Shown one piece after another: positions 38,789-49,776 of a DNA stretch of 64,000 bases. Both the position numbers and the translations under genes were made by a program. The notes under the pieces are model-generated. The model saw only the letters and a program-made list of their open reading frames with translations. It was not told the DNA's origin and did not search any database. The DNA comes from Microcystaceae cyanobacterium (lineage in GTDB: Bacteria; Cyanobacteriota; Cyanobacteriia; Cyanobacteriales; Microcystaceae): contig JBGTGT010000054.1 of assembly GCA_041746575.1 (NCBI GenBank), positions 1 to 64,000 of the forward strand, in the 5' to 3' direction. The first letter of the stretch is position 1, and the number at the start of each line of letters is the position of its first letter.

Positions 38789-40192
38789 TTAATTTTTTTG
38801 TAGATTAGAGAAAGGAACAATGCGATGTTCATAGAGCATTTGTATATGATTTGCGAGCTTTTCATCGTCCCACCAATGAACCAGAAAATCACGATGACGT
38901 TGAGCAATCTCTAACCCAGTTCTTCCCTCTACAATATCTTGTTCTATGGCATTCATTCCCCGATCATACCAATTACCAAACATCGTAAATCCCGTTATCA
39001 TATTGAATGGTAGTAGAAGTAACATTAAAATTAATAACCCTTGTTGAAATAACGCTTTTATGTGAGGATTTCCATAGAGTTCCCAAGCGAAAAAACAAGT
39101 ACAAAATAAGGGAACAGAAAATAAAGCATATCGTATCGGAAACCCTTCTGTTGGAACTGAACCCGCCCTACCATAACCAATCGCTAAGGCAAATACAAAA
39201 AGCATTCCCACCAGCCATAATACTACTAAGGCACGCTGTTTTTCATTGTCTTTGTTAATTAAAATTCCTTTGACAAGAATTACAAAACTCGGTAAGAGAT
39301 AGGCAAAAGCTGCAAAGACAAAGATAGACCAAAAGTTGGCCGCACTAGGGCCAAATCCATAAGCAAAAAACTTCGCAGTTGTCGCTAAAGTTGAGATGAT
39401 ACCGGGGTTCGGTGGATTCCAAGACGGACTTTCATAGCCGATAAAATAGACACCGACTAAAAGAAAAGAAACTAGGGCTGAAGCAATTAGAAAATAAGCT
39501 ATCCACGGGGACATGATGGCTAAGATTTCCTTCGTTTTCATCTGACGAATTCCACAGTAAATTAACCAAATAGCAAGAAAAGGTGTGTAAAGCAAGCCAT
39601 TCGCCCCACATAAAGGCAGCAAAATTAAACCGATTCCTGCCATTAAAGCCGTTATTGGCGTTTTTAGTAAAGGTTGATCAAGTAAAATGGGCAAAAAAAG
39701 ACAGACAATAACGGTCGGTAAAATTTGAGTCAATTGCCAATTCCAATATAAATTTGGCCAATGTCCTAAATGAAGAAAGGCAAGGGGAAAAAAAGCATCT
39801 ACATATTTAGTTTGTCCTTCTCGAAGAGAGCGAGCAACCCAGATTAAGATAAAAGATAAACCGCCGAGTATGAGAATATTAAATAACATTCCAACTCGAA
39901 AATTTCCTTTTGTTAGTGTCAATAATCCCAATAAAATTAAGCGAGGTAAAGGGATGCGATGTTCGTTATTTTGTGACCATAACCAGCCCCATAAATCTGG
40001 CTCATTTCCGGTTAAGGGAGCAACTAATACCCAATCTTCTGCTAAGGGAATATTTCGTCCATAAGCGACTAAACAAGTTAAAGCAATGAGCATCATGATC
40101 AACCAGACACCCCCAACAAATAAACTTGCCTTACTACCCCGAAAAGAAAAAGATTGATCAGGATTCTTTGTACCCGAAATTATTGATTTCAT
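38789..40192 (-). CDS. Multi-TM membrane protein, possible GT-C-fold (lipid-donor) glycosyltransferase
   Basis: ~11 hydrophobic segments; early acidic loop PLAEDW; QNNEHRIP; RY motif. Confidence 0.55.
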   Translation of the reverse strand: MKSIISGTKNPDQSFSFRGSKASLFVGGVWLIMMLIALTCLVAYGRNIPLAEDWVLVAPLTGNEPDLWGWLWSQNNEHRIPLPRLILLGLLTLTKGNFRVGMLFNILILGGLSFILIWVARSLREGQTKYVDAFFPLAFLHLGHWPNLYWNWQLTQILPTVIVCLFLPILLDQPLLKTPITALMAGIGLILLPLCGANGLLYTPFLAIWLIYCGIRQMKTKEILAIMSPWIAYFLIASALVSFLLVGVYFIGYESPSWNPPNPGIISTLATTAKFFAYGFGPSAANFWSIFVFAAFAYLLPSFVILVKGILINKDNEKQRALVVLWLVGMLFVFALAIGYGRAGSVPTEGFPIRYALFSVPLFCTCFFAWELYGNPHIKALFQQGLLILMLLLLPFNMITGFTMFGNWYDRGMNAIEQDIVEGRTGLEIAQRHRDFLVHWWDDEKLANHIQMLYEHRIVPFSNLQKN

Positions 40193-40238
40193 AAAAGGTT
40201 TTTCAACATTTCTGAGAGTTTTATATTTTGATGATTAT

Positions 40239-41747
40239 TTATAACTTATGTTCTTGAGAATGAGCCGGAGAAACCCCCCATTGATGTTGCAACCACAATC
40301 GCCACAAGACTTGCCAATATCCGCCCCCTACTTTAACTAATCGGAAGGAAGATACACCCATATCGGGTGTTCGATTAATCCAAGAAATGGGGACTTCTTG
40401 TACAGAGTAACCCATTAATAAAGGTTGTAATCCTGTCTCTGCATTAATCGCAAAACCGGGTTGGGTTAAGGTCAGATTTTCGACAACTTCCCGCTTCATC
40501 AATTTTAAATTATTGGTTAAATCCCGAAACCCTCGCCAAAATAAAATTTGAGCTAGAGTGTGAAACCCTCGATTAACAATAATTTTTGGTAGGGGATAAT
40601 TCAGCAATACACTATGACGAGAGAAGCGACTGCCAACAGCGACATCATAACCTTCAGCGATGGCATCAAATAAATCTCGAATTTCGGGTAAAAGATGCTG
40701 AAAATCGCAATCCATTGAAAGAATATAGTCGCCTGTAACCACCCGATAACCGTCTTGAATGGCTCTGCCAACTCCATTGGGGGGAGTCCGAAAAACGGGT
40801 TTAATGCGAGAATCCTCAGAAGCAAGCGTTTCAATGATTTGTCTTGTTCCATCTTTACTATTATCATCCACTAAAATAATTTCATGGATATAGTCATCAA
40901 AGAAATCCCGCAATTTATTAACTAAGGGAGCAATATTCATCTCTTCATTGTGACAGGGAACAACAACAGAGATTTTGCCTTTTAACTGTTCGTGTTCGCA
41001 CAAAGAAACAGCAGGTTTTTCTACGATTCTAGGCACTTTTTGACCATGAATTAAAATTGATCCTGCTAAGGTTTGAAGGGTTGTTGTATTTTCCAATATA
41101 ATCGACAAATTTCTTAACAGCCAAATCATTTGGCGATTCAGAGGCGCGTAAACAAAATCATTAAAAACAGCAAAAACCCGAATAAATCCAATTTCGGAAA
41201 TTAGCTCATAAAGTTCGGGTCGATTTAGTAAATATCGAGGATCTTTTCGACCAAAAAGATGATCAATAAATTGACGTAGTTTTAAAACTAAGTTCCAAGG
41301 ATTGGTTTCATAAAAAATAACTTGTCCTCCCGGTTTTAGTAAGTCATGAATATGTTGCAGTAGCCAAGCAGAATTACGCTTATCTAACAAATCCATGGCG
41401 ACAATAAAGTCAAACTGTCTGCCTGCTAAGTTACCGAGAATTGTATCAGAATAGAGAAACTCTACAGATTCAGGTAAACCGTCAGGTCGAAAATTATTAT
41501 GGTCAAAAGTGACGGCAGTAATAGGATTTTCGCCACGGGATGCACAATATAATTGATGCGTTAATAATCCTTGACCACAGCCTAACTCTAGGATACTTTG
41601 TCCGGGAACTAAATGAACTAAATGGCGAAACGTTTGCGCTCTCCATAAAAGGCGATCGTGACAAATGGGATCATTTTTTTGCCAGTAATTATCACGGTAT
41701 CTTTCTCGAATTCCTAGAGTTTTAATCGCTTCTGCTTGAGCATTCAT
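40239..41747 (-). CDS. Fusion of a SAM methyltransferase-like domain and a polyprenol-phosphate glycosyltransferase (DPM synthase-like GT2)
   Basis: N-terminal ILELGCGQG, LLKPGG; C-terminal SVVVPCHNEE, VDDNSKDGT, MDCDFQH, AVGSRF, EVPISW. Confidence 0.85.
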   Translation of the reverse strand: MNAQAEAIKTLGIRERYRDNYWQKNDPICHDRLLWRAQTFRHLVHLVPGQSILELGCGQGLLTHQLYCASRGENPITAVTFDHNNFRPDGLPESVEFLYSDTILGNLAGRQFDFIVAMDLLDKRNSAWLLQHIHDLLKPGGQVIFYETNPWNLVLKLRQFIDHLFGRKDPRYLLNRPELYELISEIGFIRVFAVFNDFVYAPLNRQMIWLLRNLSIILENTTTLQTLAGSILIHGQKVPRIVEKPAVSLCEHEQLKGKISVVVPCHNEEMNIAPLVNKLRDFFDDYIHEIILVDDNSKDGTRQIIETLASEDSRIKPVFRTPPNGVGRAIQDGYRVVTGDYILSMDCDFQHLLPEIRDLFDAIAEGYDVAVGSRFSRHSVLLNYPLPKIIVNRGFHTLAQILFWRGFRDLTNNLKLMKREVVENLTLTQPGFAINAETGLQPLLMGYSVQEVPISWINRTPDMGVSSFRLVKVGGGYWQVLWRLWLQHQWGVSPAHSQEHKL

Positions 41748-41802
41748 AGATAATCTCCTTGGGTAAAAATAAGAATAAAAATGATTAGGTTTTTTTCCAA
41801 AT

Positions 41803-43461
41803 TTATTTTTTTTCTATTAATAAAATGGCTTCTCCCCAAATATCTCCTAAATGAGTAACTTGATAATTAGGATTATTGAGCAGTCTTTTTTCGACCCATT
41901 GAGGACAGTGCATATCCTCCCAGTTTCGGGCTTTCTCTAAACCATATACGGGTAAAGGACAAGATTTTTCGTAGTCAGCATAATCGAGGATGAGAAAACG
42001 ATCAAATTTTTCTAAGAATTCATCACTGGTTAAAATTTGCTGAGAGAATAACTCAGGGTAAACCCGTCTATAAGCATCCATATGTTTATATTCCTGAGAA
42101 CCAAATTGCCCACTCGCAGGATCGAGAGATGCTTCTTCATCTAATATAAAATAATAACGCCTTCGGTTAGGAGAATAGTGTAGTCTTTCAAAAAATGGGT
42201 GCGAAGTTTGCATTACCATTGGTAGATTTTCATATCCATAAGTGTTGTCGTGAGTTCCCGGTAAGGCTTTACCTTGATAAAATTTGCCATAGACAATAGG
42301 GTTCAATAAAAAAAGAAAGCTTAATAAAATTAGAGGAAAAATGCTCAGTAGATAGCTCGGTCTTTTACTTTTAATTAAACTTGAATTAATTAAAATTGAT
42401 GAAATATGAGCGATTAAGATTGCCCAACTAAGAGTACTAGGAATCATATATCGATCCCAAAAAATAGGCTTAATCGTTCGAGAAATAACCCAAATAATAA
42501 TAGGAATAGCCAAAAAAGTATAAGCAAATATTAGTAAAGAAACCGTTTGACGCTTAGAAGATTGATCCTCTCTTTGATTTGCCTGTAAACTTTGCGAGTT
42601 TAGTAAACTTCGACAGAGTATCTGCCAACTAGCAATTAAAATAATAGCAATCAGGACAGAAACCTTAAAAAAATCTCCTGAAGAAAAACTAATGAAATCT
42701 AATAAATTTCTAACGGTTGGTACAGGTAACCAAGCACGAGGATTTCCGGCATCTGATTGGTTAAGAAAGGCAGGAATATAAAAGATAATAGATAACCAAC
42801 TAATTAGAATGGATAGATACACTTGAGTCCGAAAAATCTTGAAATATCTATCCCTCAACCAAAAAGAAAAGAGAATTCCTGCGCTATAAAATACCCCAAA
42901 CAAATGAGTGTGAATGATCGTAATATGGGTGAATGTATTTAAAATAGACTGAGTGCGAGAAATTTTACCCTCTTCATTTATTTGATTAAAAAGATAAAAT
43001 CCAACCGCACAAACCGCCATAAATAAACCGTACATTCTCGCTTCGGCATTTTGAGATAAGATTAAGTTTGAGGTACAAAATACGGCTAAAGTTCCTAGTG
43101 ATGTTGCCCAAAAATTATAACTTTGACGTAACGTTTGCCAAACTAGAATACAAGCAATTCCCATTCCTAAGGAAGAAAACATTCGGAGAGATAATTCACT
43201 TGAACCAAATATTTTATCCCAGACCCAACCTAAGCCAAAATAGAGAAAAGGAGTATTGTTAATTTTGTCACCAAATGCTTGTAAGAGATGGCTAAAAGAG
43301 GGATCAGACAGAAAATAATAAGAATATAATTCATCATTCCAAAAGTATTTCTTGCTAGAAACTATTGCACAAGATATGACAAGGGAGATGATAATTAATA
43401 CAGGAAGTAAATATTCCCCTTTATAAATTTTTTCAATTGACTCATCTGAGGATTTCTTCAT
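41803..43461 (-). CDS. GT-C-fold (PMT/ArnT-like) membrane glycosyltransferase
   Basis: WNDE, PFLYF, SLRMFS, EARMYG, THLFG; multi-TM. Confidence 0.75.
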   Translation of the reverse strand: MKKSSDESIEKIYKGEYLLPVLIIISLVISCAIVSSKKYFWNDELYSYYFLSDPSFSHLLQAFGDKINNTPFLYFGLGWVWDKIFGSSELSLRMFSSLGMGIACILVWQTLRQSYNFWATSLGTLAVFCTSNLILSQNAEARMYGLFMAVCAVGFYLFNQINEEGKISRTQSILNTFTHITIIHTHLFGVFYSAGILFSFWLRDRYFKIFRTQVYLSILISWLSIIFYIPAFLNQSDAGNPRAWLPVPTVRNLLDFISFSSGDFFKVSVLIAIILIASWQILCRSLLNSQSLQANQREDQSSKRQTVSLLIFAYTFLAIPIIIWVISRTIKPIFWDRYMIPSTLSWAILIAHISSILINSSLIKSKRPSYLLSIFPLILLSFLFLLNPIVYGKFYQGKALPGTHDNTYGYENLPMVMQTSHPFFERLHYSPNRRRYYFILDEEASLDPASGQFGSQEYKHMDAYRRVYPELFSQQILTSDEFLEKFDRFLILDYADYEKSCPLPVYGLEKARNWEDMHCPQWVEKRLLNNPNYQVTHLGDIWGEAILLIEKK

Positions 43462-43471
43462 TAGTCTATCC

Positions 43472-44536
43472 TTATAACCACCGTTTTACATTTTTACTAA
43501 AGATTTCTTGTAAAATATCTTTTATTGTATAAGTAAGTTGCCATTGTGGATAATGAGACTGAAATTTTTTCACATCACTAATCCACCAAATATGATCGCC
43601 AATTCGATTGTCTTCTACATAAGTCCAATCTAGCTTTTTATGGGCAATTTCTTCACAGTATTGAATAGCTTCGAGCATAGAACAGTTACTAAGCCGACTG
43701 CCACCAATATTGTAAACTTCAGCAATTCTGGGAGCTTGATAGAAATGGTAGAAAGCATTCACTAAATCATAGCTATGAATATTATCTCGAACTTGTTTTC
43801 CTTTATAACCATAAACAGAATAGGGTTGGTTCAGCATAGTGCATTTCATTAAATAAGATAAAAAACCATGAAGTTTTGCACCAGAATGACTCGGCCCAGT
43901 CAAACAGCCTCCTCTAAAAGAAGCCGTTTTCAGATTAAAATAACGTCCATATTCTTGCACTAAAATGTCCGCCGCAACTTTAGAAGCCCCAAACAAAGAG
44001 TGTTTGCTATTATCAATACTCATGGTTTCATCAATTCCCTGAGAATAGGGATGACTAGGATCAATTTCCCAGCGCAAGTCTTTTTCAATTAAGGGAAGAA
44101 AATTCGGCGTATCTCCGTACACTTTATTCGTAGAACAAAAGATAAAAACCGCATTTGGACAGTGTTGACGAGTATTTTCTAACAACACTAAAGTCCCATT
44201 GGCGTTAACCGTAAAATCCATATAGGGATCTTTGGCCGCCCAGTCGTGAGAGGGCTGTGCCGCCGTGTGTATAATAAGGCTAATATCCCCCCCATAGGTC
44301 TGAAAAATTGTCTGAATCGCTTCTTGATCCCGAATATCTATACTATGATGTAGGTAGTGATCGCCATAGGTTTCCACCAGCAATTGCCGATTCCATTCCG
44401 TTGAACCCTCGACACCAAAAAACACTTGACGAAGATTATTATCAATACCAACTACGGTAAAACCGCGATCGCAGAAAAAGCGAACGGATTCAGAGCCAAT
44501 TAATCCAGCAGAGCCTGTGACAAGAACAATAGACAT
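43472..44536 (-). CDS. NAD-dependent epimerase, CDP-paratose 2-epimerase (RfbE)-like
   Basis: [43 protein letters not shown]. Confidence 0.8.
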   Translation of the reverse strand: MSIVLVTGSAGLIGSESVRFFCDRGFTVVGIDNNLRQVFFGVEGSTEWNRQLLVETYGDHYLHHSIDIRDQEAIQTIFQTYGGDISLIIHTAAQPSHDWAAKDPYMDFTVNANGTLVLLENTRQHCPNAVFIFCSTNKVYGDTPNFLPLIEKDLRWEIDPSHPYSQGIDETMSIDNSKHSLFGASKVAADILVQEYGRYFNLKTASFRGGCLTGPSHSGAKLHGFLSYLMKCTMLNQPYSVYGYKGKQVRDNIHSYDLVNAFYHFYQAPRIAEVYNIGGSRLSNCSMLEAIQYCEEIAHKKLDWTYVEDNRIGDHIWWISDVKKFQSHYPQWQLTYTIKDILQEIFSKNVKRWL

Positions 44537-44547
44537 AATAAATTTAC

Positions 44548-45531
44548 CTAATAAAATGAGCGAACTTGAGCGCATCCTAGCAAAGCTTGACGTTCTTGGG
44601 GATTTAATCTAAAAAGTCGCCAAATCCCTAGCCACCATCCTTTGAGAAAACTGCCGTAAAGACGTACCTCCGTTAAAGGTTTCCGACGCTTCAAAGTGTA
44701 GAATGCCCAAATCAGTAGCTTAAAGCCATCACGTACCCCATATCTGATCGAAGTGATTAACCAAAGAGGATAAGATGCCGCCCATTGTAGAGAATCGCCC
44801 AAAAGTTTACTACTGCCTAAACCGACGTTCATTTTATGCAAATATGCCAAAGAAATGCGATGTTCGGGAATAATATGCTGTAAACGACAAGCAGGATTGT
44901 AATAAAGATCGAATTTGGAAGCCAATCTTAGCCCAATTTCGACATCTCCCCCAGAAACAAGCTTTTTACCGACTCTATCCGCTAAAAACTGTTTATCTAT
45001 CCATCCAACTTCCGCTAACGCCGACCTTCTTAAAACCATTCCTGCCCCCACAATACAGGGCAACTTTTGTACCTCATCACCGTGATTTTGTTCAGCATAG
45101 CAATACCCGAACTTGACAATCTCATCAAAGGGGGGAATCTGCCAATCTAAAATGACTTTTCCGCCAAATCCGCCACAGTTTGGATGGGATTGTGCAAAAA
45201 TAGCCGCTTGTTCTACCCAATCTGGCGCAAGCAGACAGTCATCATCGACAAACGCAATCCAATCTCCCGACGTATTTTTGACGCCACATAACCGCGCCGG
45301 CGTGAGTCCTTGAATCGGTTCTATGACCATTTTTAAGGGAAATTTTGCTAATTTAAGATAAGATTCGACAATTTCTACTGTTTCGTCTGTGCAGTTATTA
45401 TTAACCACCAAAACCCCCCATTTAACCTGAGGAGAAACTACCTGTTCGGCGATCGCACCTAAAATCCGATCCAGTAAAAGGGCATTATTGTAAGTACAAA
45501 TGACTAAATCTATGGATATTTTGTTCATCAT
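44548..45531 (-). CDS. GT2 glycosyltransferase
   Basis: [29 protein letters not shown]. Confidence 0.9.
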   Translation of the reverse strand: MMNKISIDLVICTYNNALLLDRILGAIAEQVVSPQVKWGVLVVNNNCTDETVEIVESYLKLAKFPLKMVIEPIQGLTPARLCGVKNTSGDWIAFVDDDCLLAPDWVEQAAIFAQSHPNCGGFGGKVILDWQIPPFDEIVKFGYCYAEQNHGDEVQKLPCIVGAGMVLRRSALAEVGWIDKQFLADRVGKKLVSGGDVEIGLRLASKFDLYYNPACRLQHIIPEHRISLAYLHKMNVGLGSSKLLGDSLQWAASYPLWLITSIRYGVRDGFKLLIWAFYTLKRRKPLTEVRLYGSFLKGWWLGIWRLFRLNPQERQALLGCAQVRSFY

Positions 45532-45537
45532 CTTTGA

Positions 45538-46797
45538 TTATGGCCGACTGCTCAATAAAGGTTTCGTTTCGCTCGCTACAGATTGAGCCTGTTGACGAAT
45601 TTTAGCTGTTCTTTGCTTTGAGCGTTCATATTCCCCCAATAAACCTTGAATACCTCCCCATATTTCCGCCAAAATCATCTGAGGGGGCAAGATTTCCTTA
45701 CCTGAGAGACTTTTTCCCAACTCAACCAACTGTTCTTTAAACCACCATTGTATTAAAGCGATCAGTTTACGACGTTGAGGGAGATCATTTTGATAGGATT
45801 TCACTACGAATGCCATAAAGCCTAAGCCCCAACTCCAATATTGACGGCGTAATTTTGCCATTTCTCGACGATGTTGGTGATAAATAAGATAACGAGGTTC
45901 ATAAACGAGAGGATACCCTGCCCGAATCACCCGATAGAAGATGTCTAAATCCCCTCCTCCCGGTAAAGGCGCACCCGTATCCAACGCCTCATCAAAGCCG
46001 CCTAATTCCAGCAATAACGCCCGTTTGAATGCCATATTACACCCTGCCCCAAATATACCTGCACCGCAGGGATAAAGCGGATTTTTGTCTAATAATTGTC
46101 CATAGCGGATTTTGTTAAATCCTCGTCCAAAACCACCTCGACGTTCAAATAATATCTGTGCTTCGGTTTCTAATTCGTAGGGTAGCACCATGCCTGTAAA
46201 CGCTCCAGCATCAGGGTTTTCTGCCCACGCTTCAACGAGTCCTAGTAACCATTGCCTATCTACCACGATATCGTCATCCAAAAAAGCAAGTATTTCTCCC
46301 TTTGCTTCATTCATTGCACGATTACGAGCAAAATCTAATCCTACTTTTAATTCTCGTACATAGCGCACGTTTGGGAAAGTCGCCACTAGGTTTTGTGTTT
46401 GATCATCACTAGGGGCATTATCTACGATTAAAATCTCAAAATCTCCTAAATTATCAGGCTTTTGTAAAGTTTGTAAAGATTTCAAACAACGTAGCACATT
46501 CTCAGGACGATCTTTGGTACACATCGCCACGGTTAAATTAGGAAATTGCGTCGTTTCAGACTGAGATATTAATTCTTCTTGGATTTTGGCATTTAATATT
46601 CCCTGCGCCATTTCCTGACTTAACAAACGCTGTAAGTCTTCGGAATCTACCCGTGAATTTGGAGACAATTCCGACATGATAAACCCAATCGGGCGATCAT
46701 AATAGCGAATCACTAATGCAATTCCTGTTTCTTCTGCTGAGGTTTGGATACTCGGTAAAGGTTCAGTGATTTCGAGTTGAATGATGGGGTAGGACAT
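45538..46797 (-). CDS. GT2 glycosyltransferase with extra N-terminal module (paralog-like to 37529-38773)
   Basis: CTKDR, VDNAP, AFLDDD, GAGCNMAFKR, GGGDLD. Confidence 0.9.
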   Translation of the reverse strand: MSYPIIQLEITEPLPSIQTSAEETGIALVIRYYDRPIGFIMSELSPNSRVDSEDLQRLLSQEMAQGILNAKIQEELISQSETTQFPNLTVAMCTKDRPENVLRCLKSLQTLQKPDNLGDFEILIVDNAPSDDQTQNLVATFPNVRYVRELKVGLDFARNRAMNEAKGEILAFLDDDIVVDRQWLLGLVEAWAENPDAGAFTGMVLPYELETEAQILFERRGGFGRGFNKIRYGQLLDKNPLYPCGAGIFGAGCNMAFKRALLLELGGFDEALDTGAPLPGGGDLDIFYRVIRAGYPLVYEPRYLIYHQHRREMAKLRRQYWSWGLGFMAFVVKSYQNDLPQRRKLIALIQWWFKEQLVELGKSLSGKEILPPQMILAEIWGGIQGLLGEYERSKQRTAKIRQQAQSVASETKPLLSSRP

Positions 46798-46811
46798 GGT
46801 TAAATCGTCAA

Positions 46812-48605
46812 TCAGAGGGAATTTTTTTGATATTGCAGACGGTAAAGTTGGGTAAATAAACCAGCATTTTCTAACAATTGGCTTAAATTTCCTGTTTCAA
46901 CCACTTTTCCTTGATCTAAGACAATAATTTGCTCCGCTTGTTCGATAGTAGAAAGACGATGAGCAATGATAATCACCGTGCGATCGCGTCCAAGGGTATC
47001 AAGGGCTTCTTGGATTAATTGCTCAGAAATCGTGTCTAGGGCGTTGGTCGCCTCATCTAAGATTAAAATATCGGGATCTCTGACAATTGCTCTAGCAAGG
47101 GCAATCCGTTGTCTTTGTCCCCCCGATAGTCTAACACCGCGATCGCCCACCGTGGTATCATATCCATGAGGTAATTGGCAAATAAACTCGTGAGCATGAG
47201 CTTGCTTAGCGGCGGCAATGACTTCTGCTTCTGTTGCGTCTAAACGACCATAGGCGATATTTTCTCGAATGGTAGTGCTGAAAATATGAATTTCTTGGGT
47301 AACAACGGCAATGCGATCGCGCCAAGACGTTAAGTCCAATTGTTCAATGGAATGGTAATCGATGTCGATTTCTCCGTGAGTCGCCTCATAAAAGCGACAA
47401 ATTAGCTGAATTAAGGTAGATTTTCCAGCCCCAGAAGTCCCTACTAAGGCGGTGGTTTTCCCTTTAGGAATATGGAGGGAAATATCTTGTAAAGCAGGTT
47501 TATCGTGAGGATGATAGCGAAAAATTACGGATTTAAAGGTAATTCCCTGTTCTAACCCCTTAAACAAAACAGAACCAGAAGCAATATAAGGTTTATCTGT
47601 TCGCGCCAAAAAAGCCATCACATCATCTACCGAACTACTTAAGGTGAGAAGGGTAACGCGACTACTATCAAGTTGTTGAATTTGCGGTTGCAATCGGTAG
47701 AGAATGAATAAAAAGGTTAATAAAGTCGGTAAGGCGGTGCGATCTTGAATCAGAGCAATCATTAAAATTCCTAAGACAAGAATAGCCGACAATACCTCAT
47801 AGATGGGATTAATAATACTGGCAATCAAATCAAGAGAGAAAAAGCGATCGCGAACCTTTTTTGAAGCCTCATTAAAGCGTTTTTGTTCATAGCTTTCCCT
47901 CGCAAAAGTACGAATCGTTTTCATGCCCGTAAACCCTTCATACATCCGCGTTCCCAATGAAGAATTGGCGATAACAGCTTGATAGCTGAGGCTACTCGTT
48001 TTTCGGGTTAGAAAACGAATGAGCAGGGAAATTAAGCCCAAAATTAGGGTTACGAGTAAGGTTAATTGCCAAGAGATGAGAAAAAGTAAAATAATGTAGA
48101 CAACAACAATACAAAGATTAACACTTAACTTCACTAAAATGGCTAAAGCATCATTGGTTCGCCACGTTTCTGTCGCTAAAGTATTAAGGAGTTTGCCGGA
48201 TTCTTGCCTATCCAAAAAGCTATAGCTAACATTTAGCAATTGGCTAAATATATCACACCGTAAGCGGTGGGTAATTCGAGAATTAAGCCAAGCAGAAAAA
48301 GCTAAATTACCATAAAATAAACAATTTTTTAAAATAATAAAACCTAGAATGACTAGCGGAATGTAGATAATTCTTTGCTTAACAGAAAGAGAACTAAATA
48401 GTTGATTAAGCCATTGAATTAAAGGAGTCTGATGGGTCGCTTGATTGCCTTGCGCTTCAAAACTTTGTAAAAAGGGAATCAGCAAACTAATGCCAATGCC
48501 TTCAGACAAAGAAGATAAAATGCCTAGGGTAAAAATGAGGGTAATTGACCGAGGATAATATTTGAGTAGAGGAAGTAACTTTTTAATGGATACCAGTTCT
48601 TGCAT
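46812..48605 (-). CDS. ABC exporter, fused TMD+NBD (HepA/MsbA-like)
   Basis: Walker A GTSGAGKS, LSGGQRQR, ILDEATNALD, IAHRLST. Confidence 0.92.
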   Translation of the reverse strand: MQELVSIKKLLPLLKYYPRSITLIFTLGILSSLSEGIGISLLIPFLQSFEAQGNQATHQTPLIQWLNQLFSSLSVKQRIIYIPLVILGFIILKNCLFYGNLAFSAWLNSRITHRLRCDIFSQLLNVSYSFLDRQESGKLLNTLATETWRTNDALAILVKLSVNLCIVVVYIILLFLISWQLTLLVTLILGLISLLIRFLTRKTSSLSYQAVIANSSLGTRMYEGFTGMKTIRTFARESYEQKRFNEASKKVRDRFFSLDLIASIINPIYEVLSAILVLGILMIALIQDRTALPTLLTFLFILYRLQPQIQQLDSSRVTLLTLSSSVDDVMAFLARTDKPYIASGSVLFKGLEQGITFKSVIFRYHPHDKPALQDISLHIPKGKTTALVGTSGAGKSTLIQLICRFYEATHGEIDIDYHSIEQLDLTSWRDRIAVVTQEIHIFSTTIRENIAYGRLDATEAEVIAAAKQAHAHEFICQLPHGYDTTVGDRGVRLSGGQRQRIALARAIVRDPDILILDEATNALDTISEQLIQEALDTLGRDRTVIIIAHRLSTIEQAEQIIVLDQGKVVETGNLSQLLENAGLFTQLYRLQYQKNSL

Positions 48606-48648
48606 TGTTTATATTCCTATCTTTGTTTACCTCATCTCTCCTGAAGTC

Positions 48649-49776
48649 CTAATTCTTACCTCTCTCCTCAATCAGTGACTTAAAAGAACGACGATTTAAC
48701 CATTCTAAACGAGCTTGTTCATAGCGTCTAGACGGTAGCCATTGTTGAAGTTTGATCAGCATCTCAATATCTTTTAAGGTGATTTTTTCTGGGGGAGAAG
48801 ACGGGTTCAAATGGGAGGGTTTAAACGGGGATAATTTTTTCATAGGCATCCTCAAAGATTGAACAAAATAGAACAGGATTAATACATATAAATCATGACG
48901 AATTAGCACCATGATTGGATCTAATCGTAAAGCTTGAGCTAACCATTTTAACGCTTCTTGGTATTGATCATTTTCATTACTTTTGTGAGCTAAATAAATA
49001 TAAAAGTTACTAAGAGACCATTGATAAATAAAAGGAGGAATGTTGGGATGTCTTTTCTGTACCTTTTCGAGAACTAATTGCAGAGATTTAGCCATTGCGG
49101 AATAGTCTTTGGACATACTATTGGATAATTGACGATAACCTACTAAAAATTCAGGAATGACTCGAAATTGATAAACCTCCGCCAAGCGAAGATACAAGTC
49201 CCAATCTTCACATCCTTGAGCCTTTTGACTCCTCAACTTTTCACTATAGTAACCCATTTTTTCAAAGCACTGACGGCGAATCACCGTTGCACTCGCATTG
49301 CCAATAAAATTGCGGTAGAGTAACTTCAAATAAATATCACCTTCATAATAATCGACATGAAATCCACGCATTAACTGGTCTTCTTCATCAATATCAATCG
49401 ACCAAGCATAAACAATCCCCACTGAAAGGTCTGATTCACCAAAAATCGCCACGACTTTTTCGAGATATTGAGGATACCAAATATCATCTGCATCCACGGG
49501 AGCAATCAAGTCTCCTTTGGCTTGTTTAATTCCTAAATTCCGCGCGGCGGCAACCCCTGAATTTTTCTGTTGAAAAAACCTGATTCTAGAATCGTTTTCC
49601 ATCCACTCTTGTACCAATGTTTCTGTCCTATCCTGTGAACCATCATCAATGATTAAAACCTCTAAATTACGATAGGTTTGATTGAGAACAGAGTTTAGAG
49701 TCCGTTCGATGAATTTTTCCGCATTATAGGCAGGAATAATCACAGAGACTAAAGGGGTTTCACTCTGATTTATCAT
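48649..49776 (-). CDS. GT2 glycosyltransferase
   Basis: VSVIIPAYN, IDDGSQD, VDADD, EDWD. Confidence 0.92.
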   Translation of the reverse strand: MINQSETPLVSVIIPAYNAEKFIERTLNSVLNQTYRNLEVLIIDDGSQDRTETLVQEWMENDSRIRFFQQKNSGVAAARNLGIKQAKGDLIAPVDADDIWYPQYLEKVVAIFGESDLSVGIVYAWSIDIDEEDQLMRGFHVDYYEGDIYLKLLYRNFIGNASATVIRRQCFEKMGYYSEKLRSQKAQGCEDWDLYLRLAEVYQFRVIPEFLVGYRQLSNSMSKDYSAMAKSLQLVLEKVQKRHPNIPPFIYQWSLSNFYIYLAHKSNENDQYQEALKWLAQALRLDPIMVLIRHDLYVLILFYFVQSLRMPMKKLSPFKPSHLNPSSPPEKITLKDIEMLIKLQQWLPSRRYEQARLEWLNRRSFKSLIEERGKN

